From Chloroflexaceae bacterium (lineage in GTDB: Bacteria > Chloroflexota > Chloroflexia > Chloroflexales > Chloroflexaceae): DNA of 64,000 nucleotides. The DNA is taken from positions 5,565 to 69,564 of the forward strand of contig JAAUSQ010000001.1 in the NCBI GenBank assembly GCA_012033195.1. Direction: 5' to 3'. Shown in pieces: positions 34,201 to 42,472 of the stretch. A program made the position numbers and the translations under genes. The notes under the pieces are model-generated. The model had not been told where the DNA came from and searched no databases. It worked only from the letters and a program-made list of their open reading frames with translations. The first letter of the stretch is position 1, and every line of letters begins with the position of its first letter.

Positions 34201-36461
34201 ATGATCTGGCCTGAAGGGTCGCTATTCACATCTATCGGGCCGATGTTGCCGCTCCACGAATATGCATTGTTTGAAACGTCGGTACTCCCCGCCGTAATAG
34301 TTGGCTCACCACTTGCGGTGTAGGTGGCATTGACCACTTCGGCATAGGGGATGGTGCGGGCCTTGCCCTGATACGCCCCATCAAGCGACAGCGAGAATTC
34401 AATCGGTTGGGTGATCGCGCTGTTATTAAACAGGGTAATCGCATATCCGACCGGGTTACTGTACTGCCCATCGGCAGGCTGGTTGGGCGAAGCATTGGGC
34501 GGCACCGCCACGACAGCGGCGCGAATCACCTGCCCATCATCCGCTGCAACCGTAAAGGTAGTTTGCCGTGCCGCACACCCACCGCTTACCTGCATCAATC
34601 CGGGGGCACGGTAGGCCGCGAGTGGAACAGGCATGCCTGCGTCGGCAGGTTCGCTAGCGGCGGCGGGGACCGCTGGTGTTTCGATGGTTTCGCTCGCCTG
34701 TGGCGGGAGGGCATCGGGCTGTGCTGCGGCCTCAATCGCCTGCCGATGGGCAGCGCGTCGGAAGGTGGCTTCCTGGTCGGGGGTGCGTTGCTGCGCCAAC
34801 CCTGCAAGGCCACTGGTCAGGGCGGGCAGGCTGGCAGCGCTGTCATCGTCGTCTGTCGCTTCGCCGAGCGGCGCGAAGTCGTTCAAAAAGAATGCTTCTG
34901 TTTCGGCACTGTCGAGCATAAAGTCAACCGCACCAAAGTCAGCCGCCATCTCCATCCGGCGCACTACGTCGGTAATCGGTGTCATCGCATAGATGATTTC
35001 GGTGCCGGCGTCGGTCGGAAGGGTATCAATAATGCGTCCGAAGATGGTCTGATCGGAGTCGGTCGCGATAAGCATGCCGGGTGCAAGGGTGGTGCCAAGC
35101 GTTAGTTCGTCTACCACGGTGCGGTAGTGGGGCATCACCTCGCCGCCGTTGGCAGCAATCCAGGCATCCCACTGATTTTCGGGCAGCGTGAGCAAGGCAG
35201 GCGGTATAGCAAAGTCTACCTCGTCAACCACCGCGTCGGCAGGTATCAGGGTGACACCCGGCTCGAATTCTACTGCTGTGACCATGGCCGAGGCGGAGAT
35301 CAGGCCATCAGAGATAGCGCGGAGTTGCATATAGCCCGGAATGCCACTGGTACGCACCAGTACCTGCGCCGGGTCGGTCGGGTCAACGCGATACTGTACC
35401 TGCCCGGCGGCATCCTGGTTGCCCACTACCCAGTCAATTAGCTGGTTGGTAAACGGTACTTCCTCACCGAGCGCGTTGTAGCCAATTACCCGGATTGGTT
35501 TTTCTTCTGCGGTGCTGGTCAGAATAACGTTGCGCGGCTCAAGATCCAGGCGCACAATCTGGTTCAGGTTGGTGAGTTGTTGCAGACGCGTGGGCCACGG
35601 GTCAACGATGAAGAGCACCAGTCCAGTCGTGGTTAGCCCCTGTGTGTCAGTGACAAGGTAGTTGACCTCTACCCACCCTGTCGCAGCGGGGGTGTAGCGC
35701 AGGGTCGAGTCTGTCAGGGCGATGGTGCCATTGTCGGGCGTTGATTGCAGCACAAATTGCAGGGCGGCTTCGGGGCCGTCGGGGTCGTTCACCAGGGTAA
35801 GCAGATCAAGGTCAAACGTCTGGCTGACATACATCGTGACGGTGCGCTCGTCGGCGAGCGGTGGGAAGGTGGGGCCGTCGCCGGGGTCGGTGCGTGCAAA
35901 GATGATGAGACCCTCGGCAACCTGGCGGCGCTCCTGCATAACAACATAACTAATGCGGTCGGTGTCAGTCAGGGTCGCGGTGGGGGTGTAGGTCAGGGTG
36001 CTGCCTGCTATCGCAACGGCCCCGTGATCGGGCGGGTTGCCAATGCGATACGAAGATACAGGGCCGCCATCCGGGTCGCGCACGAGGCTAGCGAGATCAA
36101 CCGAACGGGGGCGGAGATCAGTTAGCAGCACGGTGCGGCTATCGGCCAACGGCGGCTGATCGTTGGATTCGACCACCACCTCAACGCGCCCGATAGTGCT
36201 GGCGCTGCCCGTGGCGCGGTTGTCGGTGGCGATGAACGTCATATCGTCGGCACCAACGAAGCCATTGTCAGGCAGGTAAATCAGCATGTTCTCATCGACA
36301 AAAAACTGACCCTGCAAGGGGGGCTGTCCGGTCGCAAAGGTCACACCGTCGCCGTCGGGGTCTTCGGTAATGTTGGGTAGCCAGATCACCCCGGCCTGTC
36401 CTTCGGGAATCGTCAGGCGGGCAGTTTGGACAACGGGCGGCTGGTTGGCGGGTTCGGTCAC
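31221..36461 (-). CDS. giant secreted repeat protein, segment 2 of 5 (cadherin/Big_9-like, Big_2-like and DUF11-like repeats, plus an uncharacterised beta-rich module)
   Basis: 1746-aa ORF. Three DPDGD...L.Y.P..GF.G.D.F.Y cadherin-like repeats. A Big_2-like Ig domain. Three DUF11/CARDB-like repeats (for example NKTDVRVGDEVEFTVEIKNT). Then about 540 aa with no recognisable motif. The apparent C-terminus follows a C7 run where a +1C correction continues the frame into segment 3. Confidence 0.8.
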   Translation of the reverse strand: MTEPANQPPVVQTARLTIPEGQAGVIWLPNITEDPDGDGVTFATGQPPLQGQFFVDENMLIYLPDNGFVGADDMTFIATDNRATGSASTIGRVEVVVESNDQPPLADSRTVLLTDLRPRSVDLASLVRDPDGGPVSSYRIGNPPDHGAVAIAGSTLTYTPTATLTDTDRISYVVMQERRQVAEGLIIFARTDPGDGPTFPPLADERTVTMYVSQTFDLDLLTLVNDPDGPEAALQFVLQSTPDNGTIALTDSTLRYTPAATGWVEVNYLVTDTQGLTTTGLVLFIVDPWPTRLQQLTNLNQIVRLDLEPRNVILTSTAEEKPIRVIGYNALGEEVPFTNQLIDWVVGNQDAAGQVQYRVDPTDPAQVLVRTSGIPGYMQLRAISDGLISASAMVTAVEFEPGVTLIPADAVVDEVDFAIPPALLTLPENQWDAWIAANGGEVMPHYRTVVDELTLGTTLAPGMLIATDSDQTIFGRIIDTLPTDAGTEIIYAMTPITDVVRRMEMAADFGAVDFMLDSAETEAFFLNDFAPLGEATDDDDSAASLPALTSGLAGLAQQRTPDQEATFRRAAHRQAIEAAAQPDALPPQASETIETPAVPAAASEPADAGMPVPLAAYRAPGLMQVSGGCAARQTTFTVAADDGQVIRAAVVAVPPNASPNQPADGQYSNPVGYAITLFNNSAITQPIEFSLSLDGAYQGKARTIPYAEVVNATYTASGEPTITAGSTDVSNNAYSWSGNIGPIDVNSDPSGQIITSGANNTALLIAGGFELRSDAWKANQTVCVKVTAELKSGSKKASKDVYIELKPRAAPLQATVSASKTDLRVGEEVDLVVTLRNPNTAGEPISYENLRVDLGDGKLSYIGGSALPLRGAQPSGNSVAWVLGGDIAPGTEKQFTLRAKAVSAGSVTVKVRSGEVTAEKAITIQDESVTLTLNANKTDVRVGDEVEFTVEIKNTRRSGDPVPYRDLQISLGSGQLTYVGGSGNPDSGLNATGNATDFSWVGGSLPPDTTYTFKFKTKAKDDGTPVVRAISGALRQDVRITIQSDTLDIKVVPPTQTNGRIEPGQLAEFQVVVSNPTRGPLEYDQIILTMPPELIDVSGEDGLLPVMSTRDTYKWVFRNKTLAAGQQHTYTFQAKVTKEGKHKVTAKLFNTDLDAKELDKHEAELKIDQPPAACTVTANVGVTPQIFDSRGIAGELGGTLKCSREIKRGVLSDGGGRSVLSAQAAFQGSIGFEIGAEVSVSMSISPNDFTADAEAKAWVKPFITAKAELSASVKYESDVELFSLNLPIARFLPTPFGLDFSLNVIFHSYLEISAKLTLEFNWDVHAEFTFNTEDGPQLTKPQVDESPADTYQDRLQEAIYKEYRPEVKYELTGKISIDISPRTRVGIVIGIPDTRRFGAFLRRIGLNAIVDYVPDLTLTPQAQLDFPRFFGEFETDTRYSGGGNPVSGFITGYGRYGLGVVLEIGLDIGIFDNPWIRTVFELATSLNPDDWKIRIERNAGFPESIVSMGASGHCTPGDPRIDETINGVSCEQEERQGPLIGQTCTDYYRVVDYEQQISETGKLERFYEYDAFGAIRRVLGLTDPTAAGRSFADWQISALGLNPYVSIITRAACDEELPEDPFLPPQALGTFTRDGDYWTWDSGSGWEPGRYRLAGFMHPIFMPLRLYNVGNISLEDWKQTADIIEFSYACGDEEEPEREYVDTVGDCGDDFDPPGGLAVVALAVAATPTTPTTPTTPATPAMAMTR

Positions 36462-36571
36462 GGTGATAGTCGTGACGCGGGCCGGGTCGCTCTTGTCCTG
36501 CGCATAATAGGTTCCAACCTGATCAAACTGATATGCAACCTCGGCACCAGCAGGTACCGTCAGTTCGTCAC

Positions 36572-37201
36572 TCAGGGCCAGCAGATGGTATGTGCATCGG
36601 CGGCGGCAGTGCTGGCGGCCCGATTGACTAGCGGCAGGTAAATTGTGAACGGATCTTCAACAAGGTCGGGTTGGTCGGAAGGAGTCGGAGATGGTGAACT
36701 GCCCGGTATTGTGGTATCGGTTGGCGTAGTCGTGGGGGTGAGGGTCGCGCCGCCCGCTGTGGCGGTGAGTTCGGGGGCGTTGGGGGTGCTGGTCGCGGTG
36801 GCAGTGTCAGCCGTTGCGGTGCTGGTTGGTGTTGGAGCACATGGGTCAGGTTGATCGGAGAGACAGACCTGTCGCGCTACAGTGCCCGTGTTACGGAAGA
36901 TAACCTGCGAACCAGTGCTGATTGTTACTACATTGGGCAGCATGCTGGCATCAGTCAGGGTGATGACAACTGTACTGGTCAGTGCCGCCGATTGTTGCAG
37001 CGATGATTGGTGTGGTTGATCGTTGAACAGTTCCTCAGCATGGGTTGCTTGCGAGGAATCGATGTTATGCGAGGGTGCAGCAAAGGCAGGTGTTCCAGCC
37101 GGGGAAGGAATCGCCATACCTGGAGCGAGTGACGAAAAGATGACCGCGTAAATCAACACCAGATACACCGGACGTGCCCAACGTTTTTGCCACCAGTACA
37201 T
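36572..37201 (-). CDS. giant secreted repeat protein, segment 1 of 5 (signal peptide, small beta domain, Thr/Pro-rich linker)
   Basis: 209-aa ORF with AAGAAGAGG RBS. N-terminal signal peptide MYWWQKRWARPVYLVLIYAVIFSSLAPGMA. T/P-rich linker. The frame of segment 2 is open from about 36630, so one indel between 36575 and 36630 fuses the two. Confidence 0.7.
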   Translation of the reverse strand: MYWWQKRWARPVYLVLIYAVIFSSLAPGMAIPSPAGTPAFAAPSHNIDSSQATHAEELFNDQPHQSSLQQSAALTSTVVITLTDASMLPNVVTISTGSQVIFRNTGTVARQVCLSDQPDPCAPTPTSTATADTATATSTPNAPELTATAGGATLTPTTTPTDTTIPGSSPSPTPSDQPDLVEDPFTIYLPLVNRAASTAAADAHTICWP

Positions 37202-37822
37202 GACAACCTCTTCTTGGAGTTAAGATGTTTTTGCTGATCAGATCAATGAGCGTTGTGGGACGTATGCTGCACACAGCGCGACATGGCGAACCGGGCTTAA
37301 ACAGCATAAAGCTGCTGGACTAAAGACTCCGTTTAAGGGGTGTTCTCGATAAATAAGCGATGTATTCTACATCTGGTACAAGATAACTATCTATAACCAG
37401 TGAGAACAGGATGGTATTCAGAGGATATATCTATAAAGCTGACTACTTTATAGATTTGGCAGTACACAAATTGTACTAATACGCTTGACTAGAATATTGT
37501 CAAGGATTGCATTGATGTTATATGGATTTGAAGGTTCAGTATACTTCTTGCACAATCATACACTGTCTCTCTGGATTAGTCAAATAAATGTAAATTATTC
37601 TCATAATAGACTTTTAGAGGGTTGTAAAGCGGTACAGGCCAGAAAGTTGGTAGCAAAAACAAACTTTTTCTGATAAGTACCTAAGTCCTATTTTTGAATA
37701 AGAAGGGACCTGCAACCCATGTAGAAAGGTTATAAGGGGTAAATATGAATGCAAGATAATATCTGATTCTGTAGAAGACACGAGCAAAAAAGAATATTAG
37801 TTTATAGATTAACGTAGTTTTG

Positions 37823-37862
37823 TCAGCGCCAGACCGTGAACGACCCTGGTCTGGTGCTGACA
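37823..37862 (-). terminator. 14-bp hairpin immediately downstream of copA (terminator-like, no U-tract)
   Basis: GTCAGCGCCAGACC / GGTCTGGTGCTGAC (one G-U) with a 12-nt loop, 22 nt after the copA stop. Confidence 0.4.
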
Positions 37863-37883
37863 AGCGTGCTATTACTCAACCCT

Positions 37884-40415
37884 TCACCCCGTGGCTGGCG
37901 CAGTGAGCCGCACACCCCGTAACCGCAGCGAGTTGCTCACCACAAACACCGAGCTAAAGGCCATCGCTGCCGCCGCGTAGATCGGGCTGAGTTGCCAGCC
38001 GAAGAACGGATACAGCAGCCCTGCCGCCAGCGGTATGCCAATGATATTGTAGATAAAGGCCCAGAACAGGTTCCAGCGAATAGTCGAGAGCGTGCGCTTG
38101 CTCAGCGTGATAGCCTGCGGCACACTCAGCAGGTCGCCGCGCATCAGGGTCACATCGGCGGCTTCCATTGCAACATCGGTGCCTGTACCGATAGCAATGC
38201 CCACATCGGCCTGTGCCAGCGCAGGCGCATCGTTAATACCATCACCGACCATGGCCACAATCCGGCCCTGTTCCTGTAAGCGCTGTACTTCAGCAACCTT
38301 ACCCTGCGGCAATACCTCGGCCCGCACTTCGTCGATGCCGACCTGCTGCGCGATAGCGGCGGCAGTGCGCTGGTTGTCGCCGGTCAGCATTACAACCGCA
38401 ATGCCCATCTGGTGCAGTGCTGCGACTGCTGTCTGCGATGTTGGCTTAACGGTATCGGCAACCGCCACCACGCCAAGCGCCACCCCATCGGCGGCAACGG
38501 CCATGGCAGTTTTCCCCTCGGCCTGAAGCTGTGCAACTGTATCGGCAATTGGTACGGTGTCGATCTGGCGCTCGTGCAGCAACCGCAGCGTGCCAAGTAC
38601 CACCTGCTGCCCTTCCACGTCGGCGGCGATACCGTGGCCCGCAATCGCTTCGAAGGCAAGCGGCTGCGCCAGCGTTAGCCCGCGTTCCTGGGCGGCCCGC
38701 ACAATCGCTTCGCCGAGCGGGTGCTCGCTGCCGCGTTCGGCACTGGCAGCCAGTCGCAGCAAGGTGCTATCGTTCAGCGGTGCGGCCTCGCCTGTGCCCG
38801 CAAGCACGGGCGCACTCCGCGCAACCAGTACATCGGTTACGACCGGTCGGCCCTGGGTAATGGTGCCGGTCTTATCGAGCACAACAGTCTGTATAGCATT
38901 GGCCCGTTCGAGGCTCTCGGCATTTTTGATCAGGATGCCGTACGCTGCACCCGTGCCCGTACCAACCATAATAGCGGTAGGGGTTGCCAGTCCCAGCGCA
39001 CAGGGGCAGGCTATCACCAGCACAGCGACGGCAAAGATCATGGCTTGTGTGAAGCCAACCCCGCCGACGAAGAACCAGACCAGAAACGTGACCGCCGCAA
39101 TCGCAATCACGATAGGCACAAACACCGCCGCCACCTGATCAACCAGGCGCTGCACCGGGGCGCGGCTGCCCTGCGCCTCCTGCACCAGCCGGATAATCTG
39201 GGCCAGTGCGGTTTCTTTGCCCACACGGGTAGCCCGAAACTGGAAGCTGCCCGTTTTGTTCATCGTCGCACCAATCACGCTGTCGCCGGTGTGCTTCTCA
39301 ACTGGCAGGCTCTCACCTGTGATCATACTCTCGTCCAGGCTTGAGCCACCACTGACGATAACACCATCCACGGGCACCTTTTCGCCGGGGCGCACCAGCA
39401 CCACATCGCCGCGCCGCACCTCGGCAACCGGAATATCAACCTCTTCGCCGCCACGCATCACCCGTGCGGTACGCGGTTGCAGCCCCATCAGCGCCCGAAT
39501 AGCGGTGCTGGTCTGGCTCTTGGCGCGTGCCTCCAGGAACTTGCCCACCAGAATCAGGGTGATGATCACGGCAGCCGTTTCAAAATAGACGTGCCCGCTC
39601 AGTCCCGCGACCAGCAGCACAATGCTATAGAAGTAGGCCGCTGACGAACCCATGGCAATCAGTGTATCCATATTGGCGGTACGGGCCTTCAGCGCTTTCC
39701 ATGCATGTACATAAAAGTCCCACCCGCTATAAAACTGCACGGGCGTTGCCAGCGCCAGAAATAGCCAGTTGAGCAGGTCGGCGGCGGCGGGGTAGCTATG
39801 GCCTGCCATCCCTGCCATCCCCGCTGCCGACCCCACCAGCCATGGGCTTATCAGACCAAAGTCACGCGCCATCGATATGACAAACAGCGGCAAGCTGAAG
39901 ACAATACCTACAATCAGTTTGCGGCGCTTGCGGGCAACTTCGGCAGCACGGGCCAGTTCTTCGGCGTCGCGGGCGCTCTCGGCATCTGCGCCAACCGTTT
40001 CGACCACACCATACCCGGCCTGCTCCACTGCCGCCTTAATTTCAGGCCAGCCAACCGTCGCCGGAACGTACGTTACACTGGCCTGCTCGCTGGCAAGGTT
40101 GACACTGGCTTCAAGTATGCCGGGGAGCTTCTGCAATGCCTTCTCGACGCGCCGCGAGCAGGTGGCACAGGTCATACCAGTTACGGGAAATTCTATCTGG
40201 TCGGTGATAACACCATAGCCCGCCTGTTCTACCGTTTCGAGCAGGGCCGCAGGCTGTACCTGCAAGGGGTTGAAGCAGATTGTCGCCTGTTCGTTGGCAA
40301 GGTTGACGCTGGCACTGCTAATGCCGTTGACCTTGCCGAGTGCCTTCTCGACGCGCCGCGAACAGGTGGCACAGGTCATGCCTGTCACCGATAAGGTAAT
40401 CTGTTGTTCCGCCAT
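37884..40415 (-). CDS. copA: copper-translocating P1B-type ATPase CopA
   Basis: ORF 37884..40475 trimmed to ATG 40415, which has GAGGAG upstream. Two N-terminal HMA domains ([15 protein letters not shown] twice). CPC motif ([12 protein letters not shown]), DKTGT and GDGINDAP. Confidence 0.92.
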   Translation of the reverse strand: MAEQQITLSVTGMTCATCSRRVEKALGKVNGISSASVNLANEQATICFNPLQVQPAALLETVEQAGYGVITDQIEFPVTGMTCATCSRRVEKALQKLPGILEASVNLASEQASVTYVPATVGWPEIKAAVEQAGYGVVETVGADAESARDAEELARAAEVARKRRKLIVGIVFSLPLFVISMARDFGLISPWLVGSAAGMAGMAGHSYPAAADLLNWLFLALATPVQFYSGWDFYVHAWKALKARTANMDTLIAMGSSAAYFYSIVLLVAGLSGHVYFETAAVIITLILVGKFLEARAKSQTSTAIRALMGLQPRTARVMRGGEEVDIPVAEVRRGDVVLVRPGEKVPVDGVIVSGGSSLDESMITGESLPVEKHTGDSVIGATMNKTGSFQFRATRVGKETALAQIIRLVQEAQGSRAPVQRLVDQVAAVFVPIVIAIAAVTFLVWFFVGGVGFTQAMIFAVAVLVIACPCALGLATPTAIMVGTGTGAAYGILIKNAESLERANAIQTVVLDKTGTITQGRPVVTDVLVARSAPVLAGTGEAAPLNDSTLLRLAASAERGSEHPLGEAIVRAAQERGLTLAQPLAFEAIAGHGIAADVEGQQVVLGTLRLLHERQIDTVPIADTVAQLQAEGKTAMAVAADGVALGVVAVADTVKPTSQTAVAALHQMGIAVVMLTGDNQRTAAAIAQQVGIDEVRAEVLPQGKVAEVQRLQEQGRIVAMVGDGINDAPALAQADVGIAIGTGTDVAMEAADVTLMRGDLLSVPQAITLSKRTLSTIRWNLFWAFIYNIIGIPLAAGLLYPFFGWQLSPIYAAAAMAFSSVFVVSNSLRLRGVRLTAPATG

Positions 40416-40463
40416 TGCTGGCTTCTCCTCTCTATTACCGCGTACATACCCCTTCATCCCTGG

Positions 40464-40512
40464 CCCCGCTCCCACGGCGCGGGGAGCGGGGAACAGCCCA
40501 TGCAGGCGGGCT
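40464..40512. repeat. two GC hairpins in the copZ-copA spacer, the second of the AGCCC(A/G)-TGCAGG-CGGGCT family
   Basis: CCCCGCTCCC / GGGAGCGGGG (10 bp, 40464-40491) and AGCCCA-TGCAGG-CGGGCT (40495-40512). The second is nearly identical to 48724-48741. Confidence 0.6.
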
Positions 40513-40523
40513 TTGCAAGTGGC

Positions 40524-40742
40524 TTACTTGCCTACTACTGCTACTTGCTGGTAGCCGGCCTCATTGATAGCAGCGATAATCGCTTCGGTCGGTACGGCTT
40601 CGTCGTGCTCCACCATCACATGCTTGCTGCTGAGTTCGGCCTTGACCGACTGTACACCTGCCAGGGCGGTTACTTCTTTGGTGATAGCGTTGATGCAGTG
40701 GTGGCACAACATTTCGGGCACCATAAACGTCTCGGTTGTCAT
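40524..40742 (-). CDS. copZ: copper chaperone CopZ-like HMA-domain protein (72 aa)
   Basis: ORF trimmed to ATG 40742, which has AAGGAG upstream. MxCxxC metal site present as EMLCHHC. Ferredoxin-like HMA length. Confidence 0.8.
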   Translation of the reverse strand: MTTETFMVPEMLCHHCINAITKEVTALAGVQSVKAELSSKHVMVEHDEAVPTEAIIAAINEAGYQQVAVVGK

Positions 40743-40796
40743 AAACAGCTCCTTCTTCTCTAGTATAAAGATACGATCCAGAAACCACAAGCTACG

Positions 40797-41372
40797 TTAT
40801 CCCAGCGTAGTGCTGGCGGTAAAGACCTGCAACAGTTCGCGCACCACCCGCTCGCGTTCGGCTGGCTGGTCGCTGCGAATTGCCGTGGTGACACAGCCAT
40901 TGAGGTGGTCGGCGAGCACCCGCCCCTGAAAGGCATTGAGCATACGTTGTACCTGTTGCACTCCGGCAATTGTCTGTACCGGGGCGCTATCGGTTTCGAG
41001 CAGGTCTTGCAGGGCGCGTACCTGCTCCTCAAGCTGTTGCAGCCATGCCGTCCGGTCGTTCACGTCAGTCAGACTCGGCGCAGAGGGTGCGCTGCCAGCG
41101 GCCAGATGAAACACCGCAAGCAGTTGGTTGACAATCCGCGCCCGCTCATCCTGATCGGCGGTACGCAGCACGCCTGTGACTTCGCCATTCAGATGGGCTT
41201 CGAGCAGCAGGCTACTGACTTTGTCGAGTGCCCGCTGTACCGCCTGCGTTTGCTTGATAATATCAATACAGTAGGCCTGTGTCTCGACCATCCGCTGCAC
41301 CCCACGCAGATGCCCTGCTACAGTCTTCAGGCGGTTGAGAAGCTGGTAGGTGGTTGGTTGCTCAATGCTCAT
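40797..41372 (-). CDS. csoR: tandem-fused CsoR/RcnR-family (DUF156) metal-sensing repressor (191 aa, two repeats)
   Basis: ORF 40797..41543 trimmed to ATG 41372. Repeat 1 LNRLKTVAGHLRGVQRMVETQAYCIDIIKQTQAVQRALDKVSSLLLEAHLNGE. Repeat 2 LQQLEEQVRALQDLLETDSAPVQTIAGVQQVQRMLNAFQGRVLADHLNGC. Both align to the CsoR helix bundle. Confidence 0.8.
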   Translation of the reverse strand: MSIEQPTTYQLLNRLKTVAGHLRGVQRMVETQAYCIDIIKQTQAVQRALDKVSSLLLEAHLNGEVTGVLRTADQDERARIVNQLLAVFHLAAGSAPSAPSLTDVNDRTAWLQQLEEQVRALQDLLETDSAPVQTIAGVQQVQRMLNAFQGRVLADHLNGCVTTAIRSDQPAERERVVRELLQVFTASTTLG

Positions 41373-41410
41373 AGTGCTATGTTTGTATGAAGATGTTACT
41401 ATCGTATTTA

Positions 41411-41467
41411 TGGCCCCCTCCCCAGGGGGAATGGGGTAAGTATACCAAACGGCCTGCCCCATGTCAA
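41411..41467 (-). promoter_or_regulatory. cop operon promoter with overlapping CsoR-type G/C-tract operator
   Basis: Minus strand has TTGACA (41467-41462), a 17-nt spacer and TATACT (41444-41439). It is followed immediately by TACCCCATTCCCCCTGGGGAGGGGGCC, which contains the inverted repeat CCCCCT-GGGG-AGGGGG and resembles known CsoR boxes (C-tract/G-tract palindromes). Confidence 0.6.
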
Positions 41468-41542
41468 GCAGATAACGGCTTGGCTTGCCTTGTAAACCGG
41501 TATACAATAGAACGACCAAAGCTGGGCAAGAAGGAGCGTGCA

Positions 41543-42472
41543 TTGCAAATACTGGTGACAGGGGGAGCAGGGTTTGTCGGGTCGCATCTGGTGCGCTGGC
41601 TGGTGGAGCAGGGCCATCGGGTGCGGGTGCTCGATAATTTCAGCATGGGCAGGCGCTCGTCGTTGCAGCCGGTTGGCGCTGCGGTCGAACTGGTGGAGGG
41701 CGATATTCGCAACAGCAGCACCGTGCAGCAAGCTGTCGCGGGGTGCGAACTGGTGCTGCACCTGGCAGCAATGGTATCGGTGGTACAGTCGATGGAACAA
41801 CCGCTGGAAGCACAGGCCATCAACGCCACGGGGAGCATTAATATATTTGAGGCAGCGCGACAGGCCGGGGTGCGGCGTGTGGTCAATATGTCATCGAGTG
41901 CGGTGTATGGCGACAGCGACCGCCTGCCCCTGCGTGAGCACGAACCACCCTGCCCCCTCTCGCCGTATGCGCTCACCAAACTCGCCGCCGAGCATGCCGG
42001 AACGCTATACACCCGTTCGTATGGTCTCGAAGTTGTTTCGCTGCGCTGCTTCAATATTTACGGCCCCCGTCAAGATCCTTCCTCGCCGTATGCAGCGGTG
42101 GTGCCGCGCTTCATCGAATGGCTGCGGGCCGGACAACCGCCGATCATTTTTGGCGATGGGCTGCAATCACGCGACTTTGTGTATGTGGGTGATGTGGTGC
42201 AGGCGTTGTGGCGGGCCGCAACCGCGCCTGCTATTGCGGGCCATGTCTTTAATGTGGCACGTGGCGAGGCGCTGGTTCTGCGTGATCTGGCGGCACTGCT
42301 AGCCGAGATTATCGGGGTAGCGGTGGCTCCAGTCTATGCCCCGCCGCGCCCTGGCGAGATCATCCATTCGTATGCCGATGTGCGCCTGTTTGCAGAACTG
42401 GCAGGCTTCCGGGCGCAGGTCGGCCTGCGCGAGGGGCTGGCGCAGACGGTAGCGCAGTGGGAGGCGCTGTGA
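41543..42472 (+). CDS. NAD-dependent epimerase/dehydratase (UDP-glucose 4-epimerase-like SDR)
   Basis: ORF 41387..42472 with a probable TTG start at 41543, 6 nt after AAGGAG. Rossmann motif VTGGAGFVGSHL. Catalytic YALTK (YxxxK). Confidence 0.8.
   Translation: MQILVTGGAGFVGSHLVRWLVEQGHRVRVLDNFSMGRRSSLQPVGAAVELVEGDIRNSSTVQQAVAGCELVLHLAAMVSVVQSMEQPLEAQAINATGSINIFEAARQAGVRRVVNMSSSAVYGDSDRLPLREHEPPCPLSPYALTKLAAEHAGTLYTRSYGLEVVSLRCFNIYGPRQDPSSPYAAVVPRFIEWLRAGQPPIIFGDGLQSRDFVYVGDVVQALWRAATAPAIAGHVFNVARGEALVLRDLAALLAEIIGVAVAPVYAPPRPGEIIHSYADVRLFAELAGFRAQVGLREGLAQTVAQWEAL

Noticed and set aside
20139-37201. Interpretation as a five-gene operon of separate large surface proteins
   Set aside because: Only the first ORF has an RBS and a signal peptide. 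The listed starts of the other four are internal GTG/ATG codons within frames that are open further upstream. Sequence reads through each junction after a 1-nt correction.
37485-37863. 62-aa (plus) and 60-aa (minus) ORFs in the AT-rich island
   Set aside because: There are no RBSs, the sequences are low-complexity and AT-driven, and one ORF overlaps the copA-distal hairpin. The region is treated as non-coding regulatory DNA.
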